Source: Octopus bimaculoides
Lineage: Eukaryota
NCBI RefSeq assembly: GCF_001194135.2
Contig: NC_068994.1
Coordinates: 35,901,377 to 35,936,989, forward strand
Direction: 5' to 3'
Length of the DNA: 35,613 nucleotides
Shown: piece by piece, positions 10,346 through 22,960 of the stretch
How positions within the stretch are numbered: position 1 is the first letter of the stretch
How the letters are laid out: every line of letters begins with the position of its first letter
The notes under the pieces: generated by a model
The model's input: only the letters and a program-made list of their open reading frames with translations
Database searches by the model: none
What the model was told of the DNA's origin: nothing
Program-made: the position numbers and the translations under genes

Positions 10346-10819
10346 AAGCATTTCTCTTTCTCCCTGTCTCTCCTACAAAAGATTTGAAACAATTAATATT
10401 ATTATTGTCCTTGTTGTTGTTACTGTTGTTGTTTTTATTATTATCATAAGGACGATTGATCAGCTGAACTGTTAGGGCATCATATAAAATGCTTTTCAAC
10501 AGATAAAATTCCTTTTGGGGCCAATTACACAAAGTAAGATTCAAATACTGGAGTTGATGTTATCAAGTAACTCCCTGTCCCACAAATTGGAGATCTTGCA
10601 CCTATGTTAAGTAGAAGCAATTATTATTGTAGTAGTAGTTGTAGTAGCTGACTTGTGAGGCTATTATATGTTATTAAATATTAAAGCCTTCTAAAGTACA
10701 GAGTAACAGTGTGTGGGTCTCAGAGCTACAACAAAGAACTGATACATAATATAGAATATTACTATAAAATGATTATAAAATACAAGTGAATGCAACAGCA
10801 GGTGGGTTAAAAATGATAA

Positions 10820-10856
<37 letters not shown>

Positions 10857-11239
10857 TATACATACATATATATGCATAAGTACACATATATACACATGCA
10901 CACACACACACACACACATAGAGAGAGATACATATATACAATCAATCACACGCACTCTATTCTGTGAATGTGTGTGGCTGGTTGAATATGTAATTGTGTG
11001 TGTGTGTGTGCACGGTGTATTTCAAAATTTGATCATGGTAGTGTTATTGCAACTATTAATAACAAGTTCATCTACATTATTGTTTACTTTATAAATATTT
11101 AGTAAGAATGATCTTATACAATATAAGGTTTCAAAGACTTTCCTTATATATCTTCAGGGCCTGGTTGCTGTCCTTTACTGTATGAGAAATACTGAAGTTG
11201 TATATTAGTGAATGCACTGTGGAAGCATATATAAATATA

Positions 11240-11345
<106 letters not shown>

Positions 11346-11352
11346 CATATTT

Positions 11353-14003
11353 CATCATCATCATCGTTTAACGTCCGTTTTCCATGCTGGCATGGGTTGG
11401 ACGATTTGACTGGGGATTGGCAAGCCAGGAGGCCACACCAGGCTCCAATCTGATCTGGGAGTGTTTCTACAGCTGGACGCCCTTCCTAACGCCAACCACC
11501 CTGAGAGTGTAGGCGGTGCTTTTTACACGCCACCGGCACTAGCATCAGCTACGTTCGGATGGTGCTTTTTACATGCTACCAGCACAGGAGCCAGTCGTGG
11601 CAGGGAGGCTGGCATCGATCGCATTCAGATTGTACTTTTTATGTGCCACCGGCACGGGGAACCAGTCAAGCAGCACTGGCAAAGACTCACGCATGCATGG
11701 TGCTACTTGCATGCCACCAGCACGGGAGCCAGTCAGGAGGCACTGGCATCAGCCACAACGTCAATTTCCACTTGATTGTGATTTGATTTGATTTTGATTT
11801 TGATTTTACTTGACTCAATAGGTCTCCTCAAGCATGGAATGTTGCCCGACAATTCAAAGGTACTTTTTAAATGGGCTGGTTATGTGACACTGGTATAGGC
11901 TACAGCTGTGATCTCACTTTACTTGCTGGGTCTTCTCAATCACAGCATATCTCCAGAGGTCTTGATCTTTCATCATTGCCTCTGTGAGGCCCAGCGTTCA
12001 AAGGTCATGCTTCACCACCTCATCTCATGTCTTCCTGGGTCTCCCTCTGTCACGGGTTCCTTCCACTGTTAGGGAATAACACTTCTTCTCACAGCTCTCC
12101 TCATCCATATGCAGCACATAAACATACCAGCACAGTTTTTTCTCTTGTATACCACATCTGATGCTTCTTATGCCCAATATTTCTCTCAGGGTGCTAACAC
12201 TCTGTAGTGTGTGCACACTGACATTACACATCCAGTGGATCATACTAGCTTCATTCTTTCAAGCCTATGCATGTCTTCAGCAGTCATGGCCCATGTTTCA
12301 CTTTCATGTAGCATGGCAGTTTGCACACAGGCATCATACAATCTACCTTTCACTTTGAGTGAGAGGCTCTTTGTCAGCAGTAGAAATAGGAGCTTTCTGA
12401 ACTTTGCCCAGGCTATTCTTATTCTAGTGGCAATGCTCTCCGAGCGTCCACCCCCACTACAGACTTGGTCACCTAGGTAGTGGAAGCTATCAACTATTAC
12501 AAGTTTCTCCCACTGGCATGTGATGGAATTGGTTTTCTGAGCATCTGTGGTGTTTATTGCCCCTTTGCATCTGCTGCACACAAAAGCTATCTTCCCGATT
12601 AACCTTCCTTTTTTGGTGTTGCTGCACCTCTTATGCATCCATAGCTTACACTGGGTACATCTTATGGAGTTTCTACCTACCCTTTTCTACAGATTGAGCA
12701 GGGCCACCTACTTGAAGGGGTTTGTGATGTGTTTACCTTCCTACATACTAAGACTTTGGTTTTTGCAACATTGACTCTAAGGCCCTTCGATTCTAAACCT
12801 TGCTTCCACACCTGAAATTTCTCCTCTAGTTCTGGTGGTGATTCCACTATGAGAGCAAGATCATCAGCATAGAGGAGCTCTCAGTAGCAACCTATCTTGA
12901 ATTCCTCTGTTATTTCCTGGATGACTATGATGAATAAAAGGGAGATGAGTGCTGATCCTTGGTGCACCCCTACTTCTACCTGGAATTCTTCACTATATTC
13001 CTTGCCAACCCTTACCTTACTAACAGCATCCTTGTACAGGGCCTGCACAGCTCTTATTAACCACTTGTCAATCCCCAGTTTCCACATCACCCCCCAGATA
13101 AGGGATCGAGGGACTCTGTCAAAGGCTTTCTCCAAGTCAACAAAAGCCAAATATAGGGTTTTATCTTTGGCTAGGTATTTTCCCTACAGTTGCCTTACAA
13201 GAAATATAGCATCAGTGGTGCTTCTACCTGGCACAAAACCGAGCTGTATCTCATCTAAGCAGACTCTCTCTCTAATTAATTGGGCTATGAACCTCTCTGT
13301 GACCTTCATCACCTAATCCAGCAGTTTGATACCTCTGTAGTTATTTCTATCTAAAGCATCACTTTTACCTTTGTAGCAGTTGACTATGTTGCTGCTATGC
13401 CAGTTATTGGGTATGACTCTTTCATGAACTATCTGGTTTACAATACGGGTGACTAGGCCATAACGCACACCACCAGATATTTTAAGCATCTCAGCAGTGA
13501 TTCCTGATGGGCCAGGGGCTTTTCCTGACTTCATATTGCTTTATCTACCAGGGTGCTTTAATTGCTTTATCTACCAGGGTGCTATCTATTCAGGTAGCTG
13601 AACCCTTTACTGAGTCAACATTTGGCAGGCTCTCCTCCTCCCATTCATTCTCCACATTCAGCAGCCTTTCCTAATGGCTTCTCCAAGCCTCTTTCTTTGC
13701 AGAATCATTAAAAGCAAGTGCACCATCATCCATGCGGACACATTCTCTCCTGTGAGATCACAATTTTCTCTCACACACTGCAATCCAAAATACTTCAGTT
13801 CTTTGGTCCTCACATCGCTGAACATTGGCAAACTTCTTCCTTTCTGATTCTCCATTGGCTATGTATACCTGTCTACCAGCCTCCTTTCTGGTTACCTGGT
13901 ACAGTTCCCTGCTACCCCCACCCTTCCAGGCTTTCCAGGCCTGTTTCTTTGCTCTAATGGCTTTGTCTACTGTATTATTCCACCACCATGTTACTCTAGG
14001 TCT
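11353..14003 (-). mobile_element. RTE-clade LINE, about 2.6 kb, frameshifted ORF2 (linker, RT, PHD, thumb) plus 3'UTR
   Basis: WWWN...AKKQAWKAWK; KAPGPSGITAEMLK; NYRGIKLL; FVDLEKAFDRVPR; GVHQGS; ELLYADDL near 12863-12886; VDSFHYLG; LYDACVQTAMLHESETW; GTRDRGRPRKT; (ATG)n tail at 11353. A 26-bp tandem duplication at 13535-13583 breaks the frame. Confidence 0.95.
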
Positions 14004-14011
14004 CATATATA

Positions 14012-14274
14012 NNNNNNNNNNNNNNNNNNNNNNNNNNNNNNNNNNNNNNNNNNNNNNNNNNNNNNNNNNNNNNNNNNNNNNNNNNNNNNNNNNNNNNNNN
14101 NNNNNNNNNNNNNNNNNNNNNNNNNNNNNNNNNNNNNNNNNNNNNNNNNNNNNNNNNNNNNNNNNNNNNNNNNNNNNNNNNNNNNNNNNNNNNNNNNNNN
14201 NNNNNNNNNNNNNNNNNNNNNNNNNNNNNNNNNNNNNNNNNNNNNNNNNNNNNNNNNNNNNNNNNNNNNNNNNN
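14012..14274. other. Assembly gap (263 N)
   Basis: N run flanked by (TA)n. Confidence 1.
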
Positions 14275-14317
<43 letters not shown>

Positions 14318-14403
14318 TTATATATGTAAGTAGGTGGATGTGTGCGTGTGTATATATATATATTACACACACGTACATATGTCTATATATGTAAGCAGGT
14401 GTA

Positions 14404-14459
<56 letters not shown>

Positions 14460-14462
14460 TAC

Positions 14463-14665
14463 TAATACATCATCATCTTCATCCTCATCATCACCATCAT
14501 TTAATGTTGTCTTCCATACTGGCATGGGTTGGCCTGTTTGACAGGAACTGGTAAACCAAGGGACGGTGCCAAGCTCCACTAACTGCTTTGGCATAGTTTT
14601 TATAACTGGATGCCCTTCCTTATGTCAACCCCTTTACAAAGTGGATTGTGTGCTTACGTGGCACA
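14463..14665 (-). mobile_element. Short RTE-related 3' terminus
   Basis: (CAT)n then TTCCATACTGGCATGGGTTGG...CTGGATGCCCTTCCT; similar short ends at 15040-15165 (+), 20135-20180, 29512-29665 and 33601-33781 (-). Confidence 0.75.
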
Positions 14666-14675
14666 AGCACACACA

Positions 14676-14710
<35 letters not shown>

Positions 14711-14721
14711 CCATGCACAAA

Positions 14722-14861
14722 CACAGGTGCTGGTATGCATGGTTGATTAAAAAGTTTGCTTCACAACTATCTGGTTTAGGTTCAGTCCTGCTGTGTGGTA
14801 CCTTGGGCAAATATCTTCCACTATAACCTTGTCAATGGATTTGGTAGAAGGGACCCCATCA

Positions 14862-14862
<1 letters not shown>
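14722..14862 (+). mobile_element. Family B SINE 5' half
   Basis: GGTTCAGTCC, ACCTTGGGCAAATATCTTCCACTATA, TGGATTTGGTAGA. Confidence 0.75.
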
Positions 14863-14903
<41 letters not shown>

Positions 14904-15420
14904 AGAGAGTATGTATGTGTGTTTGTGTGTACTCTTGTCTTGACCGCATTATTGTAAATGAGCAACAATGTCATGCAAGTGAGGATGTTTGTTTCCATTC
15001 TTCCATGAAAACATGCATAACAATGGGGGGGGGGGAATGACCTTGCTGGGAGACAGGTGAGGAGTGGCAAGAGAAAGGGGATCCAGCCATAGAAATCTGC
15101 CTTCTGTCTGACCCTTTGCAAAGTATGGAAAAGGGGACATTAAATGATGATGATGATGATGCTGACACTTATGACAATGACAATGATAATATATTCATGT
15201 GTACATGTGTATCGCTGTAGTAATGCATATAAATATTATATTGTTTATATTTTTACTTAGTTCTAGAGCAGACCTGACAATGTAGACCAGCGACAGAAGA
15301 CATTGTAGCCATAAATATCTTTTTATTTTGAGGCACTCAGCGCCTCAGACTACGTTATCCAATGTGATCTTGTTTGCAAGCTGCTGGAGATTTGACTGTT
15401 ATATCTAGGTCTTTTTGAAG

Positions 15421-15460
<40 letters not shown>

Positions 15461-16406
15461 GTGTTGCAAAAAACTTCCTCATTTTTGTGAATATTATGTA
15501 CTATTTATTTGTGTGCACATATGTATGTATCTGTATATATGTGTGTATGAGTGTGCCTAATGTGTGTGTGTGTTTGTATGTGTATGTGTAAGCAGTAAAT
15601 GTGTGAGTGTGCATCCGTTTGAAATATAGAGATAAGGAATGACACAGAATGAAAACGATGTAGAAAGAAAAAACAAAGAATCAATGTTTCTTTCAATATC
15701 CTTTGATGAGTATTTGTATGGATGTGTTCATACGTGTGTGTGTGTGTGTTGTTTGGAAAACTGACAACTACTACTGACAATCTAGAGGAGAATCTCTGCT
15801 ATTTCTTGTCTTTTACAATATAAATAATGCAATATGTAATACAACTTATAGCAGCTGTGAATCAAATAGACAAAGGGAAGATAACCCCATTCAGAATTCT
15901 GTTGCCTGCAAAGCTGAAACATCACAAGAAGAAGAAGATGATGATTATGATGATGATGATGAGGAGGAGGAGGAGGTGGTGGTGGTGGTAGTGGTGGTAT
16001 GTGTGTGTGTGTGTGCGCGTGTGCGCATTTGTGTATGAATGTGCGTGTTTGTGTTTGTATGTTTGTCACCACATGCATGTTATTTGCTGTCTTTTTCGTC
16101 ATTTTCTTTTTATTTTTAGTAGGGAAGGTTGTATTATCTACATATATTCACACATTTAAATACAGCTGTGCTCCTAAACACATGCAAACACACACACTTA
16201 AAATCAAAATATGTACATATGTGACTTATATGTACATAAGTCAATCACTTTGGTTTGTCCTTTACATATATGTGCATGTGTGTGCTTATATGTATATATA
16301 TCTGCACATATATATGTGTGTGTGTGTATGTGTCTGTATGTGTGTGTGTATAGATATACATACATACATACATACGTGTGTGTGTATACATGTATATACG
16401 TATGAA

Positions 16407-16484
<78 letters not shown>

Positions 16485-16588
16485 CAATGTTAATAATAAA
16501 GATTACTATGAAGTTGCATAGCATTACTTTTAATTCTTTAATTTATGCACCACCTTACATAGACCAACACATTTCAATTACATATATA

Positions 16589-17948
16589 TCATCATCATCA
16601 TCATCATCGTTTCACATCTGCTTTCCATGCTAGCATGGGTTGGACGATTTGACTGAGGACTGGCGAACCAGATGGTTGCACCAGGCTCCAATCTGATTTG
16701 GCAGAGTTTCTATAGCTGGATGCCCTTCCTAACGCCAACCACTCCGAGAGTATAGTGGGTGCTTTTACGTGCCACCGGCATGAAGGCCAGTCAGGCAATA
16801 CTGGCAATGGCCATGCTCAAAATGGTGTATTTTACATGCCACCTGCACTCAAATGACATTTCACGCCCCACCGGCACAAATGCCAGGAATGCGATGCTGG
16901 TAATGATCACGCTTGAAGGTGGTGCCATCACGATTTTGCTTTCGCTTGCCCCAACAGGTCTTCGCAAGCAGAGTTTAGTGTCCAATGGAAGAGATGTTGG
17001 CATGGGAGCCAGTCTTCGAATTTAGTTCGATTTCAATTTCACTTGCTTCAACAGGTCTTCGCAAGTGGAGTACGCATAAGTGGGCTGGCTACATCCCTGG
17101 CAGAGGCCTTGGATTTTAGTCTCACTTGGCTTGCCGGGTCTTCTCACGCACAACATATTTCCAAAGGTCTCAGTCAGAAGTCATTGCCTCTGTGAGGCCT
17201 AATGTTCAGAGGTCATGCTTCACCACCTCATCTCAGCTCTTCCTGGGCCTGCCTCTACCACAGGTTCCCTCAACCGCTAGGTTGTGGCACTTTTTCACAC
17301 AGCTGTCCTCATCCATTCTCACCACGTGACCATACCAGCGCAATCGTCTCTCTTGCACACCACAACTGATGCTTCTTAGGTTCAACTTTTCTCTCAAGGT
17401 ACTTACACTCTGTCGAGTATGCACACTGACATTACACATCCATCGGTGCATACTGGCTTCATTCCTTTCGAGCTTACGCATATCGTCAGCAATCACAGCC
17501 CATGTTTCACTGCCATGTAGCATGGCTGTTCGTACACATGCGTCATACAGTCTGCCTTTTACTCTGAGAGAGAGATCCTTTGTCACTAGCAAAGGTAAGA
17601 GCTCTCTGAACTTTGCTCAGGCTATTCTTATTCTAGCAGCTACAATTTCAGCGCACCCTCCCCCACTACTAACTTGGTCACGTAGATAGCAGAAGCTATC
17701 AACTACGTCTAGTTTTTCTCCCTGGAATGTGGCAGAAGTTGTTTTCTGCACATTTACAGTGTTTACTGCTCCTGAACATCTGGCACATACAAAAACTAAC
17801 TTCCTAGTTAACCTTCCTTTGATATCACTGCACCTCTTATATGTCCATAGCTTGCACTGGGTGCATCTTATAAAGTTTCTACCTACGCCTTTTCTACAGA
17901 TTGAGCAGGGCCATCTACCTGAAGGGGTTTGTGTTTTCTCTACCTTCC
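16589..17948 (-). mobile_element. RTE LINE 3' 1.36 kb (PHD, thumb, 3'UTR)
   Basis: ORFs 17617-17945 (WPCSIC...CTQC...YKRC...CARC...VDSFCYL) and 17233-17592 (LYDACVRTAMLHGSETW...RLRWYGHV...GRGRPRK); same family as 11353-14003. Confidence 0.95.
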
Positions 17949-17967
17949 TTCTTATTATATATATATG

Positions 17968-18300
17968 ATGGATTTTAAGGGTAGGTATAGAGCGGATATG
18001 AGTTCGTTTACAAATGAAAAATACTGTAACTCTACTACACTCGCCTCTTATTTGCATGACCTCAAGAAGAAGAATAGAAAGTACTCTCTTGAATGGTCGA
18101 TTATATTGAGAGCCCCCTACTTTAAGGCAGATATTAGTAAATGTTCATTGTGTATTAGAGAATCCCTTGCGATACTCAGGTCTTTTGGACCAAAAACCTT
18201 AAATAAGTTCACTGAAGTAATCCCCTTCTGCAACCATAAGTTTTCCTCCACCTTCTTGAAACTGTATAGAAATAAAAATAAATATAAAAACAATAGATAA
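17968..18300 (+). pseudogene. PLE GIY-YIG endonuclease C-terminal fragment
   Basis: FKGRYRADMSSF..EKYCNSTTLASYLHDLK...LEWSIILRAPY...CSLCIRE..AI...LNKFTEV..FCNH, the typical PLE endonuclease tail. Confidence 0.8.
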
Positions 18301-18517
18301 TAACAAGTGTAATAGTTTACGTTAGGGTGATTTGAAACCTGGAAGGCTGAGTTAGATACTGCAGCCTGTTTGACTATTCTAAAAAGCTTCTTTTTTTTTT
18401 CTTCCATTATTTGCATAGGCTTGTCTAGGACTGGTCCATATTAACTATATAAACTTGCCCTTATATAAAAATATAATTTTTCCTTTTGTACATGTCTTGG
18501 CGTTTGTGTGTTATTTT

Positions 18518-18597
18518 ACCTTGACGAGGGGGGTCATCACTAGTTTGCACTCTATTGTGTTTAGAATACAGTGATGTACCCCCAAATGGCCATAGGT
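18518..18597 (+). ncRNA. Degenerate type I hammerhead with 55-nt stem II
   Basis: ACC-TTGACGA-GGGGGGTCATCACT...AGTGATGTACCCC-CAAA-TGGCCA-TA/GGT; palindromic ATGGCCAT; C3 and G12 altered. Confidence 0.6.
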
Positions 18598-18810
18598 GCT
18601 GTATTTTGTTTTTGACCCATATTTTTTGTGAACTCTTATAAATGGTGGTTGAAATGGATTTTACCAATTGATACCTGCTGGGTGCTGTATTTGTCTTTTG
18701 ACCCATGTGTTTTGTGAACTTTTGGACTTGGTGGGTAGAAATGGATTTTACATGCTGATACCTGCTGGGTGCTTATATTCACCATTGAGCCATGTTTTTG
18801 TGATCTCTTG
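18595..18810 (+). repeat. About 2.5 tandem copies of an 86-87 bp unit
   Basis: Units begin GGTGCT at 18595, 18681 and 18768 and share TTTGACCCAT, TTTGTGAACT, GAAATGGATTTTAC, GATACCTGCTG. Confidence 0.9.
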
Positions 18811-20358
18811 TGTATACTAAACTTGATACAGACTTACCTATTCCTGTCTGCTGTTTTAAATTATAAATTATACCCCAGGAAAATATAGACATTTATATTT
18901 TAACTCTAATAATGTTAAATCATTAAAAATTTTTTAACCAATAGACTATTTTGTTTTACCTCATTTCTTTATTTTTTTCATATCGATCTATATTATATAT
19001 TTGAATTTTTAATCGTATTAATTTTAACTTTAACTTGATTTGGAACTTTTATGAAATGATATCTATGTATATTATGTTATACCTTTAACTCAAATTTATT
19101 ATTCTTAATTTATTTGTATGTTATCGGTTGAAATGATATATTTGTGTATAAATTTTTATATTATATGTTCTATATCTTGCATCTTACTTCTTATATATTC
19201 TTATTCTTTTATTCATTTTATTTTTCTTACATTATTCTTATATCCCTTTATTCCTTATGTTTGGTGGATTATGTTGTATTTCTTATATATGATCATTGAG
19301 GGAGTGTGGTATGTTGAGTCGTTAACCTAACGTTTTTATTCTATAACTAATATTTTACTCTTGTCTCAATTATTCTGAGCACTTCTCCTTGCAGCCCTGT
19401 ATAAAATCTATTAGTTTCGTAATAAGAAACTATTAATATTACATCACACACACACACACACGCACACACACACACACACACGCGCGCGCGCGGACAGACA
19501 GAGTGTACTGTAAAGTGGTTGGTATTAAGAATGGCATCTAGTCATAGAAGCATAGATATATACAGATATGCAAATATGCATATTTATTTACATTTATATG
19601 TAAATCAAAACATACAAATCTGTACGTGTACTGACTCCAGATACTTCCATAGTCAAAAAATGGTTGAGAACAACTGCTGTAGATGGAGAGGGCAGGATCT
19701 TTGGTACAATGCAGTGGCACCCAGTTCAGTGGTCGGTATAGCTTTCAGTCCTAAAGCTGAGAGCTCAACTTTCCGGGATCTTTCATTTATAAATATCACA
19801 GCACATCTTTCACATCTTCTCTCAAGGAAGTAGAGCCTCAGTTATTTTACCCTCTTCCTGTAGCTCATCTGTTGTGCTTAGTTGATCTTCTTTGTGTAGT
19901 AGTACTTGATTGCTCTGAGTTTTTTAATTAGTCAAACACTTTGTAGTCACCACTGTTGGGATCAATAAACCAGGCAGCTGAGAATAAACGTTGTCCACAA
20001 GAGTAAAATGGTATCCTTTCATTTCACCTAGTTTTGAACAATCTCAGAATACAACCAGCCTCTCAACTGCACAGTGTTACGACTTTAGTAATAAGCACAT
20101 GAAATGTTGCATCATTTCTCATATGAATATACTCATCATCATCATCATCATTTAACGTTTGCTTTCCATGCTGGCACAGGTATGTATATATATATATAAT
20201 ATATATATATAATATATATATATATATAATTATTTAGCAGAAGCAACAGAGTGACTCAGGGGCTGAAAGTTTTCTGTGTTGGCACTTATCAAACTCTTTT
20301 GCTTCTGCTAAATATAAATATATACTCATTTTGAGTCCCTTTTCCTGTTTGCATCCCC

Positions 20359-20389
<31 letters not shown>

Positions 20390-20565
20390 TGTATATATAT
20401 ATACATATATGTATATATATTTCGTTTTTGTATCTAGTTTGCAAGTGCATATATACATACATAAATCTGAAGAATCTATTAGAGTAGATGCAAGTGCTAA
20501 TATATGATTTAAAAATCTGTAAATGTACAACCATCCAGATCTCTGAGTACCTTATTATTTTTCTA

Positions 20566-20656
<91 letters not shown>

Positions 20657-21016
20657 TACACTTTAGCAATGAAGAATGGTGACATGGACTCTAAGGTTTG
20701 GGCCTGCTAGTTTTGATCAACATAAAATGTACATTTACGTGTGTTGTGCATGCATGTATGTGTGTGTGTATTCATATATATATGTACGTATATGTTTATT
20801 TATAAGTATGTGTGTGTGTTCACGCGTGTGTGTCTCTGTGTATGTGTAGATATTGTTATAGATTGATAGATAGATGAGATGCACACACACACACACACAC
20901 GGAAAAGTGACCTAAATAAGGAAATTAACAGGTAGAATGTGAAGATATTATAATCAACTTAGGATTCTTACTGTTGTAACATTTTATTTAAACAGTTACT
21001 GCAAATTATATTGAAA

Positions 21017-21447
21017 CAGGGGCACTGGCAACGATCTTACCCGGCAAGCCAAGTAAGATCGTTGCCAGTGCCCCTGGACTGGTTCTTGTGCGGGTGGCAC
21101 ATGAGATGCACCATTTTGAGCGTGGCCGTTGCCAGTACCGCCTGACTGGCTCCTGTAGGATTTTCGAGCGAGATCGTTGCCAGTGCCCCTGGACTGGCTT
21201 GTGCAGGTGGCACATAAAAGACACCATTTCGAGCGTGGCCGTTTTCGTGCGGGTGACACGTAAAAGCACCCACTACACTCTCTGAGTGGTTGGCGTTAGG
21301 AAGGGCATCCAGCTGTAGAAACTCTGCCAAATCAGACTGGAGCCTGGTGTTGCCATCCGGTTTCACCAGCCCTCAGTCAAATCGTCCAACCCATGCTAGC
21401 ATGGAAAGCGGACGTTAAACGATGATGATGATGATGATGATGATGAT
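21017..21447 (+). mobile_element. 5'-truncated RTE 3'UTR copy with 5' inverted duplication
   Basis: Ends GGAAAGCGGACGTTAAAC(GAT)n at 21421-21447; three 3'UTR units; 24-bp inverted repeat at its 5' end. Confidence 0.9.
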
Positions 21448-22019
21448 TAAAAAGATAAATTGTTAGACGTTCTCAACACGCTTAGAGTTAGCTGCTTGTA
21501 AGGGAGAGAACCCTGCACTGGCTTAACAGTAATTCGCAGAAAGTATTTACAATAGCATAAACATTATCAGCACCATTATTACCATGAGCAACAGCAGCAG
21601 CAACAAGAAGAAGCAAAGCAAAGGTCTTCCATGTGGTCATTTCTGTTTGCTAAAAATAACAGCTAAATTCTCATCTTGCCTGCTCTAACTGTGCTGACTC
21701 CAGGTGGACAACATCATCATCATCGTCATCATCATCATTGTTGTAGTTTTTATCATCATTGTCGTTTTCTTTATTATCAATATTTGCATGCTTTTTTTTT
21801 TTTTCCCCGTTGGAGTGGGTTGGATAGGTCTTCTGTATACTGTGCTGCTAACTAACTCGGTCTTTTAACATTTCATTCATGAGGTCCCTGTATGCTGATA
21901 TTGGATTCTAATCGTATAAGTAATTTCTTTGGCATTCCTCTTCCACTGGTCAAACACAACAGTTTTTATCCTAGTGTGTATTTCCATCAGTATGGAAAAG
22001 TAAAAAGATACTCAAACAT

Positions 22020-22422
22020 TGACGAGGATGATGATGATGATGTTGATGATAATTATGGCAGTGATTATGATGACAATGACAATGACAGCTATGATGATGA
22101 TCATGGCCATGGCAATGATGATGATGATGATGATAGCAGTAATAACAATAATGATCATGATGGCAGCAATGTTGATGATGATGACAGAATCAACAATGAT
22201 GATGAGGAGGAGGATGAGGAGAAGGAGGAGGGGAATGACAATGGTGATGACAATGATGATGCTACTGCTGATAATGATGATGATGATGATGACAACGACG
22301 ATGACAATGGTAATGATGATGATTATGATGACAACTGATGATGATGAAAATGGTGACAGTGATGATGATGATAATGATGACAATGATGATGACAATGATG
22401 GTGACGACAATGATGATGATAT
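22020..22422. repeat. Degenerate (GAT/GAC/AAT)n trinucleotide tract
   Basis: Direct inspection; produces the Asp-, Met- and Ile-rich pseudo-ORFs. Confidence 0.95.
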
Positions 22423-22739
22423 TTGTAGTTATTCATCCCAAACTAAATAACAGTCCAGCACAGACATCTCTTCTCAGCACAATTTACTGAATATATTTAA
22501 TGACCAACCCTTCTTTCAATTCAAATCTGCTCCACCTTTCACACTGAGGTTGATTTTGTCTTTCGTCCTTTCAAGGTCAATAAAATAAGTTCCAGCTGAG
22601 ACCTGGGGGTCAATGTAATCAACAATCCCCATCCCCAAAAATTTCAGGCCTTGCGCCTATAGTAGAAAAGAATGTCATACAAATAACACCAGCAAATAAC
22701 AGCCATCTTATTTCTCTCCTTATGATAGGGAGCTCTAGC

Positions 22740-22960
22740 AGAATGCAATTGCTGCTTGTGCTAAAGAACTTGAGAACAATAGGGTTACAGTCGCACTGAG
22801 TTGAAATGTGTTGGTAAATACATCAAGGGTGTGAACCCTCTTCCTGTGAAGGGCACAAAAGGGTCTCTTTCATGAGACCAGTATTGTCATGTCTGCTTCT
22901 CAAAGGCAGACCTACTCAGTCACAAGTGTGGTCACAAAGGTGCCCCTGTCTACCAAAGAG
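22740..22960 (+). mobile_element. Old LINE ORF2 C-terminus with decayed C2H2 zinc finger
   Basis: 22873-22935 reads *DQYCHVCFSKADLLSHKCGH: exact C-x2-C-x12-H-x3-H spacing if TGA and TAT were Cys codons; upstream ENNRV..RTELKCVGK resembles an RTE/BovB-type C-terminus (inference). Confidence 0.5.

Larger units (their letters stand above)
17966..19440 (+). mobile_element. 5'-truncated Penelope-like element
   Basis: GIY-YIG tail at 17968-18300, hammerhead fold at 18518-18597, 86-bp tandem repeats, AT-rich 3' region; begins in a (TA)n run. Right boundary approximate. Confidence 0.75.

Noticed and set aside
19690-20100. Non-repetitive-looking segment of moderate GC content
   Set aside because: Short open frames only, with no motif or convincing splice pair; probably old repeat or intronic DNA.
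21892-22450. Asp-rich 148-aa ORF and overlapping Met/Ile-rich ORFs
   Set aside because: All frames stay open because of the degenerate (GAT)n tract; no complex sequence or exon structure.
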